In this document: positions 20,624 through 29,063 of the stretch, in pieces | How positions within the stretch are numbered: position 1 is the stretch's first letter | Layout: every line of letters starts with the position of its first letter | DNA from: Brevundimonas sp. | GTDB taxonomy: Bacteria; Pseudomonadota; Alphaproteobacteria; Caulobacterales; Caulobacteraceae | Direction of reading: 5' to 3' | DNA: 64,000 nucleotides | Assembly: GCF_035561115.1 (NCBI RefSeq) | Contig: NZ_DATMYH010000035.1 | Span: 208-64,207 of the forward strand | Notes under the pieces: generated by a model | Told to the model about the DNA's origin: nothing | What the model saw: the letters and a program-made list of their open reading frames with translations, nothing else | The model's database searches: none | Position numbers and translations under genes: made by a program

Positions 20624-20718
20624 TATCCCGTTGTGGCACGGCGGCGCTTAAGGAAGGCTGAAATGGTTACTGACGGAACGCCGTTTTCCGCGTCCCGATC
20701 CCGCCCCCGGGGCCGCCG

Positions 20719-21357
20719 TCAGGCCGTCAGCAGGCCCTGGGCCTCAAGCGCGTCGGCCAGTTCGCCGGGCGCGACCCAGACGCGGGTGTAGCCCGCCTCG
20801 CCGAGGCGCTGCAGTTCGGTGGTCAGGTCGGCCTTGGCCGAGGCGGCGAAACGGGCGTCGAAACCCGCGCCGTCCTCGCTGATGCGGACCATGGGTCGTC
20901 CGGTCTCGACCCGGTGCAGATAGCCTTCGTAGAGAACCGCCGCCTCCTGGGCCAGCAGGCCGGTTTCAACCGCCAGCCCGGCCTTTTTCAGCCGTTCGAC
21001 GCCCCGGCCCGCGGCGAAGGGCGACGGATCGACGGCGGCGACGACGACGCGGCTGACGCCGGCGTCCATCAGGAAGTTGGAGCAGGATTTGCGCCCCGAC
21101 GAGCGGGCGCCGCAGGGCTCCATGGTGACATAGGCGGTGGCGCCCCGGGCCTTGTCGCCGGCGGCGGGGGCGGCCTGTTCCTCGGCGTGAGGCCGTCCCC
21201 CGGGCGCGGTGGCGGCCTCGGAGACGACGAGGCCGTCGTTGACGATGACGCAGCCGACGGCGGGGTTGGGCCAGGTCTGGCCCATGCGCGCCTTGGCCAG
21301 TTCGATGGCCCGTCCCATGTGGCGGATGTCGTCCGAGGCCTGTTTCGCGGTGGTCAT
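20719..21357 (-). CDS. RibD-like zinc deaminase lacking a full reductase domain
   Basis: TWPNPAVGCVIV, HAE, MEPC-x8-C; only about 60 aa after the deaminase domain. Confidence 0.8.
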   Translation of the reverse strand: MTTAKQASDDIRHMGRAIELAKARMGQTWPNPAVGCVIVNDGLVVSEAATAPGGRPHAEEQAAPAAGDKARGATAYVTMEPCGARSSGRKSCSNFLMDAGVSRVVVAAVDPSPFAAGRGVERLKKAGLAVETGLLAQEAAVLYEGYLHRVETGRPMVRISEDGAGFDARFAASAKADLTTELQRLGEAGYTRVWVAPGELADALEAQGLLTA

Positions 21358-22070
21358 GGGCGGAGATCCGGCAGTTCGGTCGCCCGGTCCGCGTCCAGAT
21401 AGCGCGCCGCCACGGGTTTCAGGTCGGCGTCCAGGTCGATCTCGAGCGGATTGCCGGTCGGAATCTCGACGCCGACGATCTTGTTGTCGGGCACGGCGAA
21501 CAGGTGTTTGACGATGGCCCGCAGCGAGTTGCCGTGGGCGGCGATCAGCACGTCCTCACCGGCCCTGAGCCGCGGGGCGATGGCCGTCTCCCAGTAGGGC
21601 AGGACCCGGTCGAGGGTGGTTTTCAGGCTCTCGGTGTCGGGGATGGTCTGGCCGGCATAGCGGGGGTCGCCGGCGAAGTCCCATTCGCCGCCCGGAGCCA
21701 GCGGCGGCGGGGGAATGTCGTAGCTGCGCCGCCAGATCTTCACCTGGGCGTCGCCGTGCAGGGCCGCCGTTTCAGCCTTGTCCAGCCCGGTCAGCCCGCC
21801 GTAGTGGCGCTCGTTCAGCCGCCAGTCCTCGACCACGGGCACATCCTTCAGCCCGGCGGAGTCGAGCGCCAGGGCGCCGGTGCGTCTGGCCCGTTTGAGC
21901 ACCGAGGTGAACATGACGGCGGGATGGAAGCCCGCGTCCCGGATCAGTTCGCCGCCGCGCCGCGCCTGGGCCTCGCCCTCGGCGGTCAGGTCCACGTCGA
22001 CCCAGCCGGTGAAACGGTTCTCGAGGTTCCACTGGCTCTGGCCATGGCGCAGCAGGATCAGGCGGGGCAT
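21354..22070 (-). CDS. gpmA: 2,3-bisphosphoglycerate-dependent phosphoglycerate mutase
   Basis: LLRHGQSQWNLENRFTGWVDVDL, RLNERHYGGL, AAHGNSLRA. Confidence 0.97.
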   Translation of the reverse strand: MPRLILLRHGQSQWNLENRFTGWVDVDLTAEGEAQARRGGELIRDAGFHPAVMFTSVLKRARRTGALALDSAGLKDVPVVEDWRLNERHYGGLTGLDKAETAALHGDAQVKIWRRSYDIPPPPLAPGGEWDFAGDPRYAGQTIPDTESLKTTLDRVLPYWETAIAPRLRAGEDVLIAAHGNSLRAIVKHLFAVPDNKIVGVEIPTGNPLEIDLDADLKPVAARYLDADRATELPDLRP

Positions 22071-22230
22071 TCAGGTCTCCGGAGGTCTCGGCTTGGGTAG
22101 GCCCGGGGTCGGGACCGGTCAAGGTTCGCCCCTCACCACCGAACGTGGCGTCCAAAACGGCGTTCCCGCGTTGTTGTGGCCCCGGGGCCGCCTGCTATAC
22201 CGGGCCCCCGCTTCCCCACAGGACCCGATC

Positions 22231-23730
22231 ATGATCAAGCCCCGCCAGGATCTTCGCCCCAACACGGCCGACTATGAGACCGTGCCGCTGGTGAAGCCGA
22301 CGGGCTTTCGCGAATACGACGCGCGCTGGATCCTGGAGAAGGAGATCAACCTGCTGGGCATCCAGGCCCTGGGCCTCGGGCTGGCCACCTATGTCCACGA
22401 GATCGGCCAGACGCCGCGCATCGTGGTGGGCCACGACTACCGGTCCTATTCCCTGTCGGTGAAACAGGCGCTGATCCTCGGCCTGCTGGAAGGCGGGATG
22501 GAGGTGCTGGACATCGGCCTGGCCCTGTCGCCGACCGCCTATTTCGCCCAGTTCGAGCTGGACGCGCCCTGCGTCGCCATGGTCACGGCCAGCCACAACG
22601 AGAATGGCTGGACCGGCGTGAAGATGGGGGCCCAGCCGCCCCTGACCTTCGGCCCCGACGAAATCGGCCGGCTGAAGGACATCGTCCTGAACGGCGAGGG
22701 CGTGGGCCGGCCAGGCGGGTCGCTGACCCGGGTCGAGGGCTTCCGCGAGGCCTATCTGGCCGACATCGTCTCGAAGGTGAAGCTGACCCGGCCGATCAAG
22801 GTCGTGGCCGCCTGCGGCAACGGCACGGCCGGCGCCTTCGCCCCCGAGGCCCTGCGCCGGATGGGGGCTGAGGTGATCGAGATGGACACCGAGCTGGACT
22901 ACACCTTCCCCAAATACAATCCGAACCCCGAAGACCACGCCATGCTGTCGCAGATGGCGGCCAGGGTGCGCGAAACGGGGGCCGACCTGGCCCTGGGCTT
23001 CGACGGCGACGGCGACCGCTGCGGCGTGGTGGACGACACGGGCGAGGAGATCTTCGCCGACAAGATCGGCCTGATGCTGGGCCGCGACCTGTCGGCCCTG
23101 CACCCCAACGCCACCTTCGTCGTCGATGTGAAATCGACCGGCCTGTACAAGACCGACGAAGTGCTGAAGGCCAATGGCGCGACGACCGTCTACTGGAAGA
23201 CCGGCCACAGCTACATCAAGCGCAAGACGGCCGAGCTGGGGGCGCTGGCCGGGTTCGAGAAGTCGGGGCATTTCTTCTTCAACGCGCCGCTGGGCCACGG
23301 CTATGACGACGGCATCGTCGCGGCCGGGGCGGTGCTGGCCATGCTGGACCGCAATCCTGGCAAAAAGCTGAGCGAACTCAAGGCCGCCCTGCCCGACGCC
23401 TGGACCTCGCTGACCATGTCGCCGCACTGCGACGACGAGCTGAAATACGAGGTGCTGGAGCGGATCGTGGCCGAGTATCAGGCCCTAGCCGACGCGGGCG
23501 GCTCGATCCTGGGGCGGAAGATCGTCGAGGCCATCACCGTCAACGGGGTGCGCGTGCACCTCGAGGACGGCTCATGGGTGCTGGTCCGGGCGTCCTCGAA
23601 CAAGCCCGAACTGGTGGTGGTGGTCGAGAGCATGCGCTCGGCCGACGACATGCGGGCGCTGTTCCACGAAGAGGTGAAGCCGCGGCTGGCGAAATATCCC
23701 GAGGTCGGGGCGTATAATCAGGAAATCTAA
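22231..23730 (+). CDS. Phosphomannomutase/phosphoglucomutase
   Basis: VTASHN catalytic serine motif, FDGDGDR metal loop, FEKSGH, VRASSNKP; start MIKPRQ at 22231. Confidence 0.93.
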   Translation: MIKPRQDLRPNTADYETVPLVKPTGFREYDARWILEKEINLLGIQALGLGLATYVHEIGQTPRIVVGHDYRSYSLSVKQALILGLLEGGMEVLDIGLALSPTAYFAQFELDAPCVAMVTASHNENGWTGVKMGAQPPLTFGPDEIGRLKDIVLNGEGVGRPGGSLTRVEGFREAYLADIVSKVKLTRPIKVVAACGNGTAGAFAPEALRRMGAEVIEMDTELDYTFPKYNPNPEDHAMLSQMAARVRETGADLALGFDGDGDRCGVVDDTGEEIFADKIGLMLGRDLSALHPNATFVVDVKSTGLYKTDEVLKANGATTVYWKTGHSYIKRKTAELGALAGFEKSGHFFFNAPLGHGYDDGIVAAGAVLAMLDRNPGKKLSELKAALPDAWTSLTMSPHCDDELKYEVLERIVAEYQALADAGGSILGRKIVEAITVNGVRVHLEDGSWVLVRASSNKPELVVVVESMRSADDMRALFHEEVKPRLAKYPEVGAYNQEI

Positions 23731-23740
23731 CCTGCTCCAA

Positions 23741-23870
23741 ACCGTGCATCCCCGCGAAGGCGGGGACCCAGGTTTGAGCGGCAGACAGAGCGGTTAGGCT
23801 AACCAACGCTCGGTCAAGCGCCGGTGGCGAGGCTGAAGCCTGGGTCCCCGCCTTCGCGGGGATGCACGGT
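23741..23870. repeat. REP-like palindromic element, 32-bp perfect arms
   Basis: accgtgcatccccgcgaaggcggggacccagg ... cctgggtccccgccttcgcggggatgcacggt. Confidence 0.9.
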
Positions 23871-23880
23871 GTCTTGCTGT

Positions 23881-24435
23881 CTACCGCGGCGCCCGTTTCG
23901 CCAGGATGCGCTGCAGCGTGCGCCGGTGCATCCCCAGCCTCCGCGCCGTTTCCGAGACGTTGTGGTCGCACAGTTCGTAGACGCGCTGGATATGCTCCCA
24001 GCGGACCCGGTCGGCGCTCATGGGGTTGTCGGGCGGCTCGGGGGCCTCGCCGGTGGAGAGCAGGGCCTTGACCACGTCGTCGGCGTCGGCGGGCTTTTGC
24101 AGATAGTCGACGGCGCCGGCCTTGACCGCCGCCACGGCGGTGGCGATGGCGCCGTAGCCGGTCAGCATGACGATGCGGGCGTCCTCGCGCCGGTCGCGGA
24201 TGGCCTCGACGATCTTGAGGCCGTTGCCGTCCTCGAGCCGCATGTCCAGCACGGCGAAGGCGGGGACCGAGGTCTTCAGGGCCTCATGGGCCTCGGCCAG
24301 GGAGGCGGCCAGGGTGACGACGAAGCCACGGCTTTCGAGCGCGCGGCCCAGACGGGTGCGCAGGGCGTTATCATCGTCGAGCAGCAGCAGGGTCTTGTCC
24401 GCGAGGGTGGCGATCCGGTCTTCGGCGTCGGGCAT
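23881..24435 (-). CDS. regA: ActR/PrrA/RegA response regulator
   Basis: LLLDDD, MLTGYGAIATAVAAVKAGAVDYL, MSADRVRWEHIQRVYELCDHNVSETARRLGMHRRTLQRIL. Confidence 0.96.
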   Translation of the reverse strand: MPDAEDRIATLADKTLLLLDDDNALRTRLGRALESRGFVVTLAASLAEAHEALKTSVPAFAVLDMRLEDGNGLKIVEAIRDRREDARIVMLTGYGAIATAVAAVKAGAVDYLQKPADADDVVKALLSTGEAPEPPDNPMSADRVRWEHIQRVYELCDHNVSETARRLGMHRRTLQRILAKRAPR

Positions 24436-24506
24436 CTGGGCGTCTCCTGGGGCTCAAGTCTGTAAAGGCGCGGCTGCGGTCAAGGTTCAGCGCCGAGGGT
24501 GCGACA

Positions 24507-25994
24507 TCACGACGGGACTTCCAGGGCCTGACGCGGCCAGCGGATGGCGACGCGTGCTCCCCTGGGCTGGCCCTTGCCTCCGTCGCCCGCCCCCACGAAG
24601 ACCTTGCCGCCCGTCCGCTCCAGCAAGGTGCGGGCGATGAAGAAGCCCAGTCCCATCCCGCCCTGGCTGGGGGCGATGGCTTCGGGTTCCGGAGCGGGGG
24701 CGGCGCCCTTCTTCCCCTTGCGGCCTGGCGTGGCGGCGGCGACCGAGGCGGCGATCTGGGCGGCCAGCGCCCGGCGCGCCTTGCCCTGCGGCCGGCTGGT
24801 CACATAGGGCTCGCCGAGGCGGGGCAGGATGTCGGCGGGGAAGCCGGGGCCGTCGTCCACCACCTCGATCTCGATGAAGCCGGCGTCGATGACGGCGCGG
24901 ACCCGCACCCGGGAGGCCGCGAAGTCGGCGGCGTTCTCGACCAGGGTCGACAGGCCGTGGACCACCTCGGGCAGGCGGCGGATGCGCGGCGCGGGTTCGC
25001 CCGAGGCCGTGCGGACCTCGACCCGGAAGTCGAGGTCGAAGCCGCGATGGGGCTCGATCACCTCTTCCAGCAGGGCCATCAGACCCACCACGGCGAAGGC
25101 GGAATCGCCCTCCTCGGGTTGTTGGGACAGGCGTTTGAGGATGTCGCGGCAGCGTTCGGCCTGCTGCAGGATCAGTGCGGCGTCCTCGGCGGCGGGGCCG
25201 TCTTTCGCCGAGGCGCGCAGCAGCTCCCGGGCCACGACCTGGATGGTGGCCAGCGGGGTGCCCAGCTCGTGAGCGGCGGCGGCGGCCAGCCCGCCCAGGG
25301 CTGCCAGCCGTTGCTCGCGCTGCAGCACGTCCTGGGTGGTGGCCAGGGCCAGTTCCAGCTTCTCGGCGTCCGCGGCGACCCGCCACGCATAGGCCGAGGT
25401 GAAGATGACGCCGGTGAACAGGGCCAGGCCGATGCCGAAGCGATACAGCGGCGGCAGGTCCAGCTCGGTGCCCGCCTGCCACGGCAGAGGCATGGAGAAG
25501 AAGAACAGGCTGGTGGTGGCGACCAGCACGAGGAAGCCCATAAAAGCCGCCTGACGTCCCGGCAGGGAGGCGGCGGCCACGGTAACCGGCGCCACCAGCA
25601 GCAGGCAGAAGGGATTCTGCAACCCGCCGGTCAGGGCCAGCAGGATCGACAGCTGCAGGATGTCGAAGCCCAGATGCGCCGCCGTCATGCGCCCGTCCGG
25701 CAGCGAGCCGTCCGTGCGCTTCAGCCGGGCGGTGGCGTTCAGATTCATCGCCACGCTGGCCGCGATCACGGCCAGACAGCCCCACAGCGGCAGGTCGAAA
25801 TGGAAATACAGGGTGGCGACGGCCACGGTGAAGGTCTGGCCCGCGATGGCCATCCAGCGCAGGATGACGAGGGTGCGCAGGCTGAGGCCCCGGCTGCGGC
25901 GCGGCATGTTGCGCCATGCGGGAAAACGGCCGGGCTCGTCCGGCGCGAACCGCGACGCCGACTGCGGCAAGAGAGGGTCTTGGGACAGGCTCAC
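24507..25994 (-). CDS. regB: ActS/PrrB/RegB redox sensor kinase
   Basis: TLVILRWMAI, GGLQNPF quinone motif, AAAAHELGTPLATI H-box, GGMGLGFFI; GTG start. Confidence 0.95.
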   Translation of the reverse strand: MSLSQDPLLPQSASRFAPDEPGRFPAWRNMPRRSRGLSLRTLVILRWMAIAGQTFTVAVATLYFHFDLPLWGCLAVIAASVAMNLNATARLKRTDGSLPDGRMTAAHLGFDILQLSILLALTGGLQNPFCLLLVAPVTVAAASLPGRQAAFMGFLVLVATTSLFFFSMPLPWQAGTELDLPPLYRFGIGLALFTGVIFTSAYAWRVAADAEKLELALATTQDVLQREQRLAALGGLAAAAAHELGTPLATIQVVARELLRASAKDGPAAEDAALILQQAERCRDILKRLSQQPEEGDSAFAVVGLMALLEEVIEPHRGFDLDFRVEVRTASGEPAPRIRRLPEVVHGLSTLVENAADFAASRVRVRAVIDAGFIEIEVVDDGPGFPADILPRLGEPYVTSRPQGKARRALAAQIAASVAAATPGRKGKKGAAPAPEPEAIAPSQGGMGLGFFIARTLLERTGGKVFVGAGDGGKGQPRGARVAIRWPRQALEVPS

Positions 25995-26047
25995 CGGTCT
26001 TCTATAGACCGGTCGCGCGCGGGGTGCGCGTTTTCGAGGGGGCCGTG

Positions 26048-26668
26048 ATGCCGCGCCGTTCCATCCTGCTGTTCGCCGGCGCCGTGATCGCCTTCGCGAC
26101 GGCCATCGCCATCTCGACCATCGTGGTGGTCACGCAGCGCGACGGCGCGCCGGACGCCATCGTCGGTTCGACCGGCGAGGCGACCATTGGCGGACCGTTC
26201 CAGCTGGTCAACCAGGAGGGTCAGGCCGTCGACCAGACGATGCTGGACGGGAAATGGTCGCTGGTGTTCTTCGGTTTCACCTGGTGCCCGGACTTCTGCC
26301 CCACGACCCTGACCATGCTGGAGGCGACGAAGCGGCAGCTCGGCGAGCGGGCGAAAGACGTCCAGATCGTCTTCGTCTCGGTGGACCCCGAGCGCGACAC
26401 CCCGCAGGCGCTGAAGGACTATCTCTCGTCCGACGGCTTCCCGCAGGGGGTCATCGGCTTGACGGGAACGCCGGAGCAGGTGAAGGCGGCGGCCGACGCC
26501 TATCGCGCCTACTATCAGAAGGTCGGAGAGGGCGAGGGCTACACCATGAACCATTCGCTGACCGTCTATCTGATGGGGCCGGACGGCAGGTTCCGCACCG
26601 CCCTCGCCCACGATCTGGGGCCGCAGCGGGCCGCGCAGGCGATCGAACGGACGATGGCGCGGGGGTAA
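26048..26668 (+). CDS. senC: SCO/SenC family copper chaperone
   Basis: IGGPFQLV, FGFTWCPDFCP (CxxxC), SVDPERDT, conserved His; divergent from regB. Confidence 0.93.
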   Translation: MPRRSILLFAGAVIAFATAIAISTIVVVTQRDGAPDAIVGSTGEATIGGPFQLVNQEGQAVDQTMLDGKWSLVFFGFTWCPDFCPTTLTMLEATKRQLGERAKDVQIVFVSVDPERDTPQALKDYLSSDGFPQGVIGLTGTPEQVKAAADAYRAYYQKVGEGEGYTMNHSLTVYLMGPDGRFRTALAHDLGPQRAAQAIERTMARG

Positions 26669-26671
26669 AAA

Positions 26672-26817
26672 TTCTCCCTCCCCCTTGTGGGGAGGGTGGC
26701 GGAGGCGAAGCCGACGCCGGGTGGGGGCGGCGCGGCAGGGCAAACGCCAGTGTCGGGTCGCCGAGCCCTCCCCACCGGTCGCTTCGCGACCACCCTCCCC
26801 ACAAGGGGGAGGGAGAA
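26672..26817. repeat. RIME/CIR-like palindromic element, 28-bp perfect arms
   Basis: ttctccctcccccttgtggggagggtgg ... ccaccctccccacaagggggagggagaa. Confidence 0.9.
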
Positions 26818-26901
26818 CTATATTCGCCGATAATCTTTTTGCAGTGCGATGCGTTCTATGGTGCTCTGCCGCGTAACGGCGGGGGCCGTCTCAAGGATTC
26901 C

Positions 26902-28182
26902 ATGCTCTATTCGCTTCACGAGCTCGCCTATCATTCGGCGACGCCGTTCCGGTTCGGGGCCCAGATGGCCCGGCAGTTCTGGAGTTCTCCGTTCAATCCG
27001 GCCTCGGACACCGCCTTCGGCCGCACGGCCTTCGCCTCGGCCGAGCTGTTCGAGAGCGTGACGCGCCGCTATGGCAAGCCTGCCTGGGGCCTGGAGGTGA
27101 TCAATATCGACAACCGGCCGGTGCGGACGACCGAACAGGTCGTGTGGTCCTCGCCCTGGTGCAGACTGGTCCGGTTCGCGCGCCACATCGGTGATGTGAA
27201 GCGGGCCGGCAAGCCGGCCACGGCGCCCGCGGTGCTGATCGTCGCCCCGCTCTCGGGCCACTACGCCACCCTGCTGCGCGGCACGATCGAGGGCTTCCTG
27301 CAGGACCACGACGTCTATGTCACCGACTGGGCCAACGCCCGGCAGGTTCCGATGCTGGAGGGGCGGTTCGATTTCTTCGATTATATCGACCACGTCCGCA
27401 CCATGCTGGGCGTGATCGGGCCGCGCGCCCACGTCGTCGGCGTCTGCCAGCCGGGGCCGCCGGTGCTGGCCGCCTGCGCCCTGATGGCCGAGGACAAGGA
27501 CCCCAATCGCCCGGCTTCGATGACCTTCATGGGCTCGCCCATCGATGCGCGCCTGTCGCCGACGGTGACCAATCAGCTGGCCGAGGAAAAGCCGTTCACC
27601 TGGTTCAAATCGAACATGATCCACACCGCGCCCTGGCCCTATCCGGGCTTCGGACGGCGGGTCTATCCGGGTTTCGTCCAGCTCTACAGCTTCATGTCGA
27701 TGAACGAGGACCGTCACCGCGACGCCCACCACGAGTATTTCCAGCATCTCGTCAACGGCGACGGCGACGGGGTCGAGAAGCACGAGGAATTCTACGACGA
27801 ATACCTGTCCGTGCTGGACCTGACGGAGGAATTCTACCTTCAGACCATCGACATCGTCTTCCAGCAGCACCTGCTGCCGCGCGGCCTGCTGGAGCACCGC
27901 GGGCGCAAGGTCGATCTCGCGAAAATCAGGGATATCGGCCTGATGACGGTCGAGGGCGCCCGGGACGACATCTCCGGCGTGGGCCAGACCCAGGCGGCGC
28001 ACACGCTGTGCGCCAGCCTGCCGGACGAGCTGCGCAAACTGTATGTCCACCCCGAGGTCGGCCACTACGGCGTGTTCAACGGCCGGCGGTTCCGTGACGA
28101 CATCTATCCGGCGGTGCGGGACTTCATCGCGAAAAACGAGGCCCTGAGTGCAGTACCGGAACGGCCAGCGGCTGCCGCTTGA
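26902..28182 (+). CDS. phaZ: Intracellular polyhydroxyalkanoate depolymerase
   Basis: MLYSLHE start, VAPLSGHYATLLRGT, VYVTDW, GVCQPG Cys nucleophile, EFYDEYLSVLDL, GHYGVFNG. Confidence 0.95.
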   Translation: MLYSLHELAYHSATPFRFGAQMARQFWSSPFNPASDTAFGRTAFASAELFESVTRRYGKPAWGLEVINIDNRPVRTTEQVVWSSPWCRLVRFARHIGDVKRAGKPATAPAVLIVAPLSGHYATLLRGTIEGFLQDHDVYVTDWANARQVPMLEGRFDFFDYIDHVRTMLGVIGPRAHVVGVCQPGPPVLAACALMAEDKDPNRPASMTFMGSPIDARLSPTVTNQLAEEKPFTWFKSNMIHTAPWPYPGFGRRVYPGFVQLYSFMSMNEDRHRDAHHEYFQHLVNGDGDGVEKHEEFYDEYLSVLDLTEEFYLQTIDIVFQQHLLPRGLLEHRGRKVDLAKIRDIGLMTVEGARDDISGVGQTQAAHTLCASLPDELRKLYVHPEVGHYGVFNGRRFRDDIYPAVRDFIAKNEALSAVPERPAAAA

Positions 28183-28858
28183 CGGCATAGCCGCGAGGCT
28201 GTCGGTCAATCCCCGCGCGCGGCGGCTGTCGATCCGCATCGACGCGCGCGCCGGCGAGGCGGTTCTGATCGCGCCCTCGGAACGCAAGCTGGCCGACGTC
28301 GTCGCCTTCGCCCGCACCAAGGCCGCGTGGATGCGCGAGCGGCTGGCCGAGCGCCCGCACGGGACGCCGCTTGAGCCCGGCGCCGTGATCGACCTGTTCG
28401 GCAAGCCGGTGCGGCTGGTCGCCACCGGCGGCGCGGGCGCGGCGCGGCTGACCGAGGACACGGACGGCCCGGTGATCGCCTCGGGCGGCGAGGGCGAGGC
28501 CTTCGCCCGGCGGGTCGAGAACCTGTTCAAGCGGGTGGCCCGCGAGACGCTGCAGACCCGCACAGACGTGCATCTGCGTGCGCTGGGCCAGCGGCCGGTG
28601 CGGATGTCGATCGCCGACCCGAAGTCGCGCTGGGGCTCGTGCAGCCCGCACAACCGCAGCATCCGCTACAGCTGGCGCGTGGTCATGGCCCCGCCGGCGG
28701 TGATCGACTATCTGGCCGCCCACGAGGTGGCGCATCTGGTCCACGCCGACCACAGCCCGGCCTACTGGTCGGTGGTGCAAAGGCTGGTCGGGGACCACCG
28801 GGCGTTCCGCAAATGGCTGCGGGAAAACGGGCCCGCGCTGCATGCGGTGGGGCGGTAG
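28148..28858 (+). CDS. YgjP/SprT-like (M48-annotated) HExxH metalloprotein
   Basis: RARRLSIRI, KSRWGSCS, IDYLAAHEVAHL, HSPAYW. Confidence 0.88.
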   Translation: MQYRNGQRLPLDGIAARLSVNPRARRLSIRIDARAGEAVLIAPSERKLADVVAFARTKAAWMRERLAERPHGTPLEPGAVIDLFGKPVRLVATGGAGAARLTEDTDGPVIASGGEGEAFARRVENLFKRVARETLQTRTDVHLRALGQRPVRMSIADPKSRWGSCSPHNRSIRYSWRVVMAPPAVIDYLAAHEVAHLVHADHSPAYWSVVQRLVGDHRAFRKWLRENGPALHAVGR

Positions 28859-29063
28859 GCGCATCCCTTCACGCCGTTCCCGGGTCAAGCCCGAGGATGA
28901 CGGAGAAGGAGGTTATCGGCCCTGTCCCCGCAGGCGAAGAACCGACCAGTTGGCGACGATTTTGACCATCCGCTGACCGCCAAACCCGGCGCAATCCGAC
29001 CAGTTCGACCATGCAATTCCCTGCAGGAACCGCAGGATCCGCCCTCCGCCGTTCCCGGCCCGG

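Noticed and set aside
26254-28182. 642-aa ORF suggesting a SCO-PhaZ fusion
   Set aside because: The 5' part is an off-frame read through senC and the palindromic repeat; phaZ starts at 26902.
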